A DNA stretch of 20,000 nt from the IMG/VR virus record IMGVR_UViG_3300022858_001422. One strand, given 5' to 3'. The DNA is from an uncultured virus (IMG/VR IMGVR_UViG_3300022858_001422). Lineage: Duplodnaviria; Heunggongvirae; Uroviricota; Caudoviricetes. Both the position numbers and the translations under genes were made by a program. The notes below the pieces were generated by a model. That model saw only the letters and a program-made list of their open reading frames with translations. It did no database searches and was not told where the DNA came from. Positions within the stretch are counted from its first letter, which is position 1. Every line of letters begins with the position of its first letter. This document shows, piece by piece, positions 8,293-15,389 of this stretch.

Positions 8293-8676
8293 TTACATGT
8301 TGTTCAACATTTCAGTAAGTTCTTCTGGCGACATATTCTTTAGGTTTTCATCCTGTTTATCTGCCAAAATTTCTTTAATGCGTTCTTTCTGTTCATGACG
8401 TTTTGAAGCTTCAATTTTCGCTTCTTTTTCAGCTAGTTTTTTCATTACGACATGTTTTACAATTTCAATTTTCCATACCAGTTCTTTATCTGCTGTTGAA
8501 CGAGTGTTGAGTAAACTTTCTTCTTCCACCTGTTTTAATTCAGTATTGAGCGTCTTGAAAACCTGGTCTAAATCACGAAGTGATAAGTCCCATAGATCCT
8601 CAGTTGCAACTACACCACGAAAAGGGAAACGAAACTTATTACGAATTGCTACTTCAAAAACATTAATTTCACTCAT
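8293..8676 (-). CDS. Conserved phage hypothetical protein (partner of the 678 aa protein)
   Basis: 127 aa; FEVAIRNKFRFPFRG...EDLWDL...coiled coil...MSPEEL; AGGAG SD. From memory this family occurs next to the 678 aa family in large phages. Confidence 0.8.
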   Translation of the reverse strand: MSEINVFEVAIRNKFRFPFRGVVATEDLWDLSLRDLDQVFKTLNTELKQVEEESLLNTRSTADKELVWKIEIVKHVVMKKLAEKEAKIEASKRHEQKERIKEILADKQDENLKNMSPEELTEMLNNM

Positions 8677-8690
8677 TTTAAAATTCTCCT

Positions 8691-10727
8691 TTAGAATTTA
8701 ATTTTGATCACTCGCTCCGAGAGACCTTTAATTTTTACAATAACTTCATTTCTCTGTGTTGAAGAAAATCCAACACCAGAAAGTTGTTCTTCTGATTCCT
8801 CAACATGCAGTTTACTACCTAATGCCTCTAAAACTTTTCTATGTTTTGTTAAATCCTCCTTTAAGAATTCATTATAAAAACCATTTGGTAATTCTGAATT
8901 GATACAATCTTTCAGCATAAAGAAAAAGTGTTTGTTCCCAATACCAGTCTGTTCATCCCAATAGTTAGGTGAGAACATAACGATAGAAACTGGAATAAAT
9001 TGATTAGTTGTAACATTCCAAATTTCACGTGATGAAATAGATGAAGGTAATTGTTCTTTGATAGAGAAAACACCATTTTTAAGTGTTACTTCTGCAACAG
9101 GAATTTGTTCACTCTGACGAACATCTTTACCATAATCAAAAGAATACATCTGACCATTGAATTCAACTTCAGCACGAAAACCATTTCGTCCACCAACATG
9201 ATTATAACAGTGAACAAAGAATTTATAAACTCCATCTCTCATTCTGTTTAATTCTGCCCAAGTAATATTTTCAACCGCTGGGGTTCCAGAAACAGGATTG
9301 ATAATATCTACATCTAAAGTAGCACCAGTAATACGATTATGTTTATTTCTAAAGGAGATATGAGTTCCAGTTGGTTCCATACAGTGAGCATCTAAATCAT
9401 TTTGATCACGCTCAACATCATTCCACTGAATAGAGAAGCGCAGGACACCATCTACCCTGCCACCAGCAGACTTTACATGCTCTTTCATAGAACTATCAGT
9501 AATGTTGCCACTATAAGCCCAACCAAATGAGTTGTTCCATTTGAACATACTTTCTGAATCTTCATTCTTAGGAGCAATCAATGAAACCATATTTGGAGCA
9601 TGTTTATTTTCTAAGAATAATTCTAGTTCTCTCACTGTAGGAAGAACATTTTCAACAAAATCATTGATAGAAATTTCTTCAACTTTTGAAAATTTCTTAG
9701 GATCTGAAGTAGTTTCGTTCATCATTTGTTCAAAAATATCTTCTTCGCCCATGTTCCGTACTGAATCTCGATTCGCAAACAATACATTGTTGATTGTAAT
9801 ATCATCAATCTGAGCATATCTCCGTTGAAGTGAATCGCTATAACCTAATTCTTCAACCGTTTTCTTAGCGTCTTCCAACATCTTTTTAGTAAAAATTGCT
9901 TTTGGTCGTTTATAGTTTGAAGGAGCTACAATAGACTCATACTTGCTTACCGCTAAATCAAGCTCCATCCCTTCGCTCAAATTTACTAACAAAGTTCCAA
10001 TTGAGTGGTTTCTGATTCGCGTCAAAGTACCACTAGAAGAAACAGATTTTTCCCAAGCATAATTTTCCTGTTCCTGTCCTGATAATTTAGAATAAGCTTT
10101 CTTATGTTTTAAAAATTCATTTAAAAGCCCCCTCCATTCCTCGCCTTTGTAAAGTGAATTTTGGGAAATTAATTCTAAAACAGTCATGACGCTTTCTTTT
10201 GAAATTTCATCAAGAGATCGTTTGAACACATTTTTAGACGATAATTTTTCACCCTTTTGTTCATTGATTGCTCCATTGCTATCAATAAATCTTGACGGGA
10301 GCGTCAAGTGAAAATGATTCCACCTACGCATATTTCCATCCTCCAATGCCTCAATACTGCTTTCTGTTCCTACATTTTTTGATCCATAAAGAAAAATTCC
10401 TTCAACTTCATGATTATGAATATATTCAGACAGTGAATCAATAACCGTCTGAAATTTTTTGTCTTCAACTTCAAAATCCCAAAGACTAATCACTTTGTTA
10501 TCTTTAATAACCACAGAATTCCCAATTGTCTTGATAAAGCCTCGACAACAAGAACAATCGTATTCTCGCCGTTCGCGATAAATCTCATTCGTTCCTTCTG
10601 GAAAAGAATCTAAATATAGATTCCACAAATAATCCTTATCGACAGCTACCTCAAATAAACTTGCGGCATCTTTTGAAACGTTATTAAAATGTTCCTGCAT
10701 TTTTGCCCTAAACTCATAGAATTCCAT
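8691..10727 (-). CDS. Large conserved phage protein with a C-terminal YfaP/DUF2135-like beta domain
   Basis: 678 aa; YDCSCCRGFI near the N-terminus, VAPSNYKRP, LRFSIQWN...DLDAHC...LDVDI...AVENITW, SPNYWD, LSGVGFSST. Confidence 0.8.
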   Translation of the reverse strand: MEFYEFRAKMQEHFNNVSKDAASLFEVAVDKDYLWNLYLDSFPEGTNEIYRERREYDCSCCRGFIKTIGNSVVIKDNKVISLWDFEVEDKKFQTVIDSLSEYIHNHEVEGIFLYGSKNVGTESSIEALEDGNMRRWNHFHLTLPSRFIDSNGAINEQKGEKLSSKNVFKRSLDEISKESVMTVLELISQNSLYKGEEWRGLLNEFLKHKKAYSKLSGQEQENYAWEKSVSSSGTLTRIRNHSIGTLLVNLSEGMELDLAVSKYESIVAPSNYKRPKAIFTKKMLEDAKKTVEELGYSDSLQRRYAQIDDITINNVLFANRDSVRNMGEEDIFEQMMNETTSDPKKFSKVEEISINDFVENVLPTVRELELFLENKHAPNMVSLIAPKNEDSESMFKWNNSFGWAYSGNITDSSMKEHVKSAGGRVDGVLRFSIQWNDVERDQNDLDAHCMEPTGTHISFRNKHNRITGATLDVDIINPVSGTPAVENITWAELNRMRDGVYKFFVHCYNHVGGRNGFRAEVEFNGQMYSFDYGKDVRQSEQIPVAEVTLKNGVFSIKEQLPSSISSREIWNVTTNQFIPVSIVMFSPNYWDEQTGIGNKHFFFMLKDCINSELPNGFYNEFLKEDLTKHRKVLEALGSKLHVEESEEQLSGVGFSSTQRNEVIVKIKGLSERVIKIKF

Positions 10728-10728
10728 T

Positions 10729-10968
10729 TTATTCCTCTCTAATTATTCTATCTTTAATCTCATAAAGCTTTCCTAAAAACTCATTACACTCATAGTATGA
10801 AGTCCAGTATTTATCAGACTTTACGTTATACAATCTACTAGAAGCACCCTTGTTTTCTGGAAGTCCAGAAAGAATCTTGAAACCCTCGCCCAACATAGAA
10901 TAGGCTTTCATCTCTTTTTCAGTCAATTCAATATCATTTAAAACTTCATATATGTCAAAATTCTTCAT
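10729..10968 (-). CDS. Hypothetical protein
   Basis: 79 aa; AAGGA SD; first gene after the promoter at 11002-11030. Confidence 0.7.
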   Translation of the reverse strand: MKNFDIYEVLNDIELTEKEMKAYSMLGEGFKILSGLPENKGASSRLYNVKSDKYWTSYYECNEFLGKLYEIKDRIIREE

Positions 10969-11001
10969 ATCTTCATCCTTTTTTATTCTTTTCGTGTTCT
11001 A

Positions 11002-11030
11002 ATCATACCACATAAATGGTATTTTTGCAA
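11002..11030 (-). promoter_or_regulatory. Sigma70/SigA-type promoter
   Basis: Minus strand: TTGCAA (11030-11025), 17 nt, TATGAT (11007-11002), with an extended -10 TG. Confidence 0.75.
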
Positions 11031-11080
11031 CATAAAAAGAACTATTTATTAAAAAACTCACATAAAACGGGAATTCTATG
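11031..11080. repeat. Two tandem CATAAAA-N6-TTTTAT copies, 30 bp apart
   Basis: C ATAAAA AGAACT ATTTAT (11031-11049) and C ATAAAA CGGGAA TTCTAT G (11061-11080), 1 mismatch each; the second abuts the stop at 11081. Confidence 0.75.
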
Positions 11081-11572
11081 CTATTTTTTGCAAAGTTTCT
11101 CATGATCTTTCAGTGTTCCAACACGATAACCGCAATTTTTATTTTTACAAAATATAGTTTCTCCGCCAGGAATTAATGAAGCATAGCAATTTTCACCACA
11201 CACAGGACAAGAACTAATTTTTGGTTCTGGATCTAATGGCATCGGAAAATTTTCGTCATACATCCAAATAATATTGTTGAATCCATTGTTTCTCCAAAAC
11301 TTATATTCCGTTGCTGACGTGTGATGAATCGCATTATAATTTCCTGCGTCTTTATTCATCCATCGAATACCTCGAACACCATCAGCCTCTTCCACTGCGC
11401 CATTATTCCACGCCTTCAGTTCATTTTCTTTCACAACATTTTCTTTATGAATCCAATAAAGGCTATCTGCATCATCGAATTCAATTAATAATTCATTACC
11501 CTTTGAACCTTTAACTTTTGCTTTTATTAAAACATTGTCACCAAACAGAATGTAATTTTCTGTACTATCCAT
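11081..11572 (-). CDS. Hypothetical protein with a C-terminal zinc ribbon
   Basis: CPVCG...CKNKNC at the C-terminus; probable start MDSTEN at 11572 (TAATG overlap). Confidence 0.7.
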   Translation of the reverse strand: MDSTENYILFGDNVLIKAKVKGSKGNELLIEFDDADSLYWIHKENVVKENELKAWNNGAVEEADGVRGIRWMNKDAGNYNAIHHTSATEYKFWRNNGFNNIIWMYDENFPMPLDPEPKISSCPVCGENCYASLIPGGETIFCKNKNCGYRVGTLKDHEKLCKK

Positions 11573-11760
11573 TATTTTTTCTCCCAATCTAAATTATCTT
11601 CAACTGTGTAACTGTACGTTCTCAAAATTCTGGCAGCCTGACTGGTTCTTTTTAGCCATTCATCAGAAAATTCATAATCTAGTTTACAAGCCAGATCAAT
11701 AATATCTTTTGCTGAAGCAGGATCGCTATCTAACAAATATTTTTTATCTAAATAACTCAC
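11572..11760 (-). CDS. Hypothetical protein
   Basis: 62 aa; GTG start with an AAAGGA SD. Confidence 0.65.
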   Translation of the reverse strand: MSYLDKKYLLDSDPASAKDIIDLACKLDYEFSDEWLKRTSQAARILRTYSYTVEDNLDWEKK

Positions 11761-11776
11761 TCTGTTATCCTTTCGT

Positions 11777-11796
11777 CATAAAATCTTCGTTTTATG
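11777..11796. repeat. CATAAAA-N6-TTTTAT palindrome copy
   Basis: CATAAAA TCTTCG TTTTATG, perfect 7-bp arms, intergenic. Confidence 0.88.
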
Positions 11797-11807
11797 CCAT
11801 TTAATTT

Positions 11808-11954
11808 TTATCCGTTACCTTTTTTACGTTTCTCTTGCTCTATGCGTTCTCGTTCTTCACGGTTGATACGATCTCTTTCACGTTCCGCAATATCTCGCAA
11901 TTCTCGTGAAATTCTTTCTTCTCGCTGTTGTCGTTCTGCATCCGTTTCTCTCAT
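11808..11954 (-). CDS. 48 aa Glu/Arg-rich charged helical peptide
   Basis: Not in the ORF track. MRETDAERQQREERISRELRDIAERERDRINREERERIEQEKRKKGNG*; SD GAGGAG upstream of the ATG. Confidence 0.7.
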   Translation of the reverse strand: MRETDAERQQREERISRELRDIAERERDRINREERERIEQEKRKKGNG

Positions 11955-11997
11955 ATTCTTTCTCCTCTATATAAATAATTTCAACTTATTTTTCCAT

Positions 11998-12016
11998 ATA
12001 AAATGTATTTTTTTAT
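11998..12016. repeat. Motif variant with a 7-bp spacer
   Basis: ATAAAA TGTATTT TTTTAT; contains the stop codon at 12013-12015. Confidence 0.55.
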
Positions 12017-12499
12017 TCTATTTTTTTGTACCAAATCTCAAAGGATGATAACATTTCTCCACACAGAATTTTTCCACGACAATGAATACGCATTAATCCA
12101 CTCTCTCGTAAACAATCAATTTTGCCATCCGGCAGCATCAACCTTATTGTATTCAGCTTTTGGTTTTTTTGTCCAATCTTTTCCAAGACCGCCAATACCA
12201 TTCATGCAAAGAACGTCACTACTTCCCATAAATTTACAAAATGGTTCATTATCGATAATTGCTACAAAATTCATAATTCTGAATCCACTATCGTGCAATC
12301 CTTCAATCTCATAAATTTCTGGTTCTCTAATTACGTTTGTTTTCCCTGACAACCACTTCAAAAATCTATATTTCAAAACATCAAATGTTTTTACATCAGC
12401 AGGAATAATAATTAAAGAGCTGCATAAAAGATCGCCACTACCCCATTCTCTTTTAGGAACATTCATAATTTCTTTTTTTGTCATACTATTAATATTCAT
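12013..12499 (-). pseudogene. Conserved phage hypothetical gene split by a +1 frameshift (real or sequencing error)
   Basis: 12116..12499 ends ...AAGWQN*, and the overlapping frame 12013..12201 continues IDCLRESGLMRIHC...LSSFEIW. Removing one base from the T4 run at 12120-12123 joins them as GWQIDCLRESGL. Confidence 0.7.
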
Positions 12500-12504
12500 T
12501 TTTT

Positions 12505-13425
12505 TTATCCTTTCAAACTATCGATAACGTCAAAATAAACTTGAGTCAAAGCTTTTTTATTGGCTGAATGTGGTAGTTGAGATGTGTTATATAGTTCATT
12601 GAATTTTTTATCAAAATTATCAGCCATTTCTATAATTTCATCATAAGAATACTTTCCGTTTTTAATTGATAAAATTTCTTCGGCATTTACAAGAGGAAAT
12701 GTAATTTTACCGGTTGTCAATAACTCCTCGCCCTCAGTCATAAGTCTTACTAAATGGCTTGCATGTTTTGTATCATATCCAAATTTTTCTTCAAGGGGTT
12801 TTCTCTTTGGATTACGGTTCTTATCCCACATGAGATAGTTATCCCAAGCTGTTTTAGATGCAATGTAAGACTTTTCTTTTTCGATCTGTTCTTTATATTC
12901 ATCTTTCAATAAATCAAAACTTAGCGTATCTTTTACAGCCTTAATCCAAGCTAAACTTACAATAGGATTATGTGGCAATCCAAAATCTTTTCGATCTGGT
13001 TTATTTTTTGGAGGATTTAAAAACCATTTTCTGTGTCTTTCAATAAGTTTCAGTTGTGAAAAAGCATAACCAGAAAATGTAAATTTAGACTTCTTGCTAA
13101 TAAAGAGATTTTTATGAGTTAAAATATATTCCCATTCTTTTGTACAAACAAGCATTTTATCTTTTGGAATAAAAAGAAGTTCAATAATATTCGGATTATT
13201 ATCTGCGCAAAGCTTCATAAATTTTTTAAGATTGTAGATTGTTCTATCTTCCTCTTTAAATCCAGAATCCTTTTGGTCAAAATTGTTGAATGGATCTAAA
13301 AGAACGTTGAGAGGCGGAATACATACACCTCGATAATCAATATCGCTTTCTGGTGTTTCTGTTCCATAAAGACGACTGCCTGTTATACATTCAAAAATCC
13401 TGTGTTTTTCTATATCAAAATTCAT
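12505..13425 (-). CDS. DNA polymerase beta-superfamily nucleotidyltransferase (Nuc-transf/RlaP/YcgL-like)
   Basis: GSRLYGTETPESDIDYRGV (GS..DxD), NNPNIIELLF, FSGYAFSQL, GYDTKHASHLVRL, IKNGKY; AGGAG SD favours the ATG at 13425. Confidence 0.9.
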   Translation of the reverse strand: MNFDIEKHRIFECITGSRLYGTETPESDIDYRGVCIPPLNVLLDPFNNFDQKDSGFKEEDRTIYNLKKFMKLCADNNPNIIELLFIPKDKMLVCTKEWEYILTHKNLFISKKSKFTFSGYAFSQLKLIERHRKWFLNPPKNKPDRKDFGLPHNPIVSLAWIKAVKDTLSFDLLKDEYKEQIEKEKSYIASKTAWDNYLMWDKNRNPKRKPLEEKFGYDTKHASHLVRLMTEGEELLTTGKITFPLVNAEEILSIKNGKYSYDEIIEMADNFDKKFNELYNTSQLPHSANKKALTQVYFDVIDSLKG

Positions 13426-13440
13426 ATCTCTCCTAAATAT

Positions 13441-13459
13441 CATAAAATAAAGATTTTAT
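13441..13459. repeat. CATAAAA-N6-TTTTAT palindrome copy
   Basis: C ATAAAA TAAAGA TTTTAT, perfect; contains the stop codon at 13456-13458. Confidence 0.88.
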
Positions 13460-13671
13460 CTGTTTTTATTTCTTTTAATTATAGTAAAAATAACGACAAA
13501 AGACATCGCCAACCCAAATAATTGAAAACAAATTAATAAAAGCCCAATAATCGAATTGACCTCTAATTCAAGAAGAGAACAAACCCATGAATAAACGTTT
13601 CTCCACTGAAAAATACCAATAATACTATAAACAAACCAATTACTTACAGACCATTCAATAAAATTTTTCAT
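13456..13671 (-). CDS. Small membrane protein
   Basis: 71 aa with two hydrophobic segments and a basic C-terminus. Confidence 0.6.
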   Translation of the reverse strand: MKNFIEWSVSNWFVYSIIGIFQWRNVYSWVCSLLELEVNSIIGLLLICFQLFGLAMSFVVIFTIIKRNKNR

Positions 13672-13799
13672 TTTCTTTTCCTTTTTTCTTCAATAATAAG
13701 ACTTACACCAAATACAATTGCACACAATCCTAGAAAAATATAAACCAGGATAACAAATGCAAAAATAAATAGAACTAAATCAAAACCTAACGGGATCAT
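13668..13799 (-). CDS. 43 aa membrane peptide
   Basis: Not in the ORF track. MIPLGFDLVLFIFAFVILVYIFLGLCAIVFGVSLIIEEKRKRK*; fills the gap exactly and ends in an ATGA overlap with the next gene. Confidence 0.6.
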   Translation of the reverse strand: MIPLGFDLVLFIFAFVILVYIFLGLCAIVFGVSLIIEEKRKRK

Positions 13800-13801
13800 A
13801 A

Positions 13802-14029
13802 CTACCTGCTCTGTTCTAGATATTCAAGAAATTCTTTTTGCACATCATCACGAACTGGTAAAACACATTTACTGGCCTGCGCTCCATATAAAAACGCTAC
13901 AACTCCAAGAGACTTTCCGTTTCTAATAAATACTTCATCATCTCCTCTAAATTTAATAGAATATACTCCACAAAATTTACCCATGCTTTTAAATTCTCTA
14001 ACAATAATTAGGTTTTTAAAACTTCCCAT
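13802..14029 (-). CDS. Hypothetical protein
   Basis: 75 aa; TAATG overlap with the upstream gene and a GGAG SD. Confidence 0.65.
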   Translation of the reverse strand: MGSFKNLIIVREFKSMGKFCGVYSIKFRGDDEVFIRNGKSLGVVAFLYGAQASKCVLPVRDDVQKEFLEYLEQSR

Positions 14030-14448
14030 TATTCATCTCCTTCAAGACTTTCATCATCAACAACCCATCTCGTAAAACCAACCTTATAGGCATCATTCTT
14101 ATGACTAAAATTATGATGATTTCCTATATCATACTTACTTCCAATCCATCCATCAATATTGTAAGGCTTTAAAAGTTCTTCTTTTTCGTTATCTGATAGA
14201 CCAAACGATCCTTTTGAAATTTTTATGAATTCTTTTTTCATTTCTCGCTTCATTCCAATCCTATCAATATTATGTATAGAAATATTGCATTCTTGTAATG
14301 AAAGCCCTGTAATAGCTCTTGAAAAACTTTCTAAACTCATCTCAATATCACAAAAAGTAACGCCAGACTTTTCATCTGTAATTGCGATATGAATAGGTTC
14401 TTTGTTTCTAAAATCATTATACCTTGAAATTGTAATTTTACCGTTCAT
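14029..14448 (-). CDS. Conserved phage hypothetical protein
   Basis: 139 aa; GKITISR...IHIAITDEKSGVTF...SLESFSRAITGL; AAGGA SD. Confidence 0.75.
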   Translation of the reverse strand: MNGKITISRYNDFRNKEPIHIAITDEKSGVTFCDIEMSLESFSRAITGLSLQECNISIHNIDRIGMKREMKKEFIKISKGSFGLSDNEKEELLKPYNIDGWIGSKYDIGNHHNFSHKNDAYKVGFTRWVVDDESLEGDE

Positions 14449-14476
14449 TTTTTATCCTTATTTATAATTAAAATCC

Positions 14477-14498
14477 TCATAAAACTATTATTTTATGA
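14477..14498. repeat. CATAAAA-N6-TTTTAT palindrome copy
   Basis: TCATAAAA CTATTA TTTTATGA, perfect 8-bp arms, intergenic. Confidence 0.9.
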
Positions 14499-14503
14499 TG
14501 TTT

Positions 14504-14701
14504 TCAGTCTTCCATCAAAATTATATCATCAAGAAGTTCCAGACAATTAATAATTTTTTCAAGCATTCTTTTTTCATCATCCTGAAAAATCTCTTCTAAC
14601 CAATTTTCTTCTAGTTCTTCAATATATTCAATCCTTGACTCTACCATTTTTTTATATTTTCTTGTTTCATCGAGCAAAACATATTTATCTGATTCATTCA
14701 T
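14504..14701 (-). CDS. Acidic hypothetical protein
   Basis: The ORF track gives 14504..14758; GGAG SD favours the ATG at 14701 (MNESDK). Confidence 0.6.
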   Translation of the reverse strand: MNESDKYVLLDETRKYKKMVESRIEYIEELEENWLEEIFQDDEKRMLEKIINCLELLDDIILMED

Positions 14702-14717
14702 TTCATTTCTCCAGACA

Positions 14718-14894
14718 CTAGATTTCTTCAAACATAAATTCAAACCCATAAGCTTCATTTGTCCATTCCAGAAGAATAGACGTTTTTTCAGCCATCAACA
14801 TTTCGTTCCATTCTTTTTCTGTAATATCTAAATCCTCAAGAATGATAACACTTTCTGTTTCTACCATATCTGAATTATAAACTTTGATCTGCAT
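14718..14894 (-). CDS. 58 aa acidic hypothetical protein
   Basis: Not in the ORF track. MQIKVYNSDMVETESVIILEDLDITEKEWNEMLMAEKTSILLEWTNEAYGFEFMFEEI*; AAGGA SD; fills the gap between neighbours. Confidence 0.65.
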   Translation of the reverse strand: MQIKVYNSDMVETESVIILEDLDITEKEWNEMLMAEKTSILLEWTNEAYGFEFMFEEI

Positions 14895-15123
14895 ATTTTT
14901 TTCCTTCTTTCATTTCATTCAACATTTCCAATAATTCTTCTTTTTGTTCTGCAATTTGACAACACAATTCTATCAGTTCAATAGCCTTTGGCAATTCATA
15001 ATTAGATAGAATTTCATCGTATTCGTTTACTCCTCCATTATCAACAAGATCATCAAGCGCCTCCTGACAATCACAAAGATCCCCAAAAGTATTTTCAAAA
15101 CGACAATAAGACATATTGCTCAT
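14875..15123 (-). CDS. Conserved phage hypothetical protein (MSNMSYCRFENT family)
   Basis: 82 aa; recognisable N-terminal motif; AGGAG SD; first gene after the promoter at 15162-15190. Confidence 0.8.
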   Translation of the reverse strand: MSNMSYCRFENTFGDLCDCQEALDDLVDNGGVNEYDEILSNYELPKAIELIELCCQIAEQKEELLEMLNEMKEGKKYADQSL

Positions 15124-15161
15124 TATTTTCTCCTAACATAAAAATTCTTCTTGCTGTTATC

Positions 15162-15190
15162 AGTATACTGCGTTATATCCCATATGTCAA
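15162..15190 (-). promoter_or_regulatory. Near-consensus sigma70/SigA promoter
   Basis: Minus strand: TTGACA (15190-15185), 17 nt, TATACT (15167-15162). Confidence 0.85.
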
Positions 15191-15197
15191 CTGTTAT

Positions 15198-15350
15198 TCA
15201 ACTAATGAATTTTTCACAGCCAACTTTTACATCGCGAATCCAATTACATCCAACCTTGACCCAATAAAAATCTTTGTAAACAGCAACATCGCCATTTTTT
15301 AGAATAACTGTTTTTGGCATTTCCTCAATTGTCATAACTTTTTTCTGCAT
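15198..15350 (-). CDS. 50 aa hypothetical protein
   Basis: Not in the ORF track. MQKKVMTIEEMPKTVILKNGDVAVYKDFYWVKVGCNWIRDVKVGCEKFIS*; AAGGAG SD. Confidence 0.65.
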   Translation of the reverse strand: MQKKVMTIEEMPKTVILKNGDVAVYKDFYWVKVGCNWIRDVKVGCEKFIS

Positions 15351-15389
15351 ACCTGATCTCCTTTAAACATATTCTGTATAAAATTTATG

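Noticed and set aside
10716..10732. ATAGAA-N5-TTTTAT at the start of the 678 aa gene
   Set aside because: Wrong spacer length plus a mismatch; this is likely by chance in AT-rich DNA.
15161..15170. Perfect 10-bp palindrome CAGTATACTG over the -10 box
   Set aside because: Single occurrence, largely explained by the near-symmetry of TATACT.
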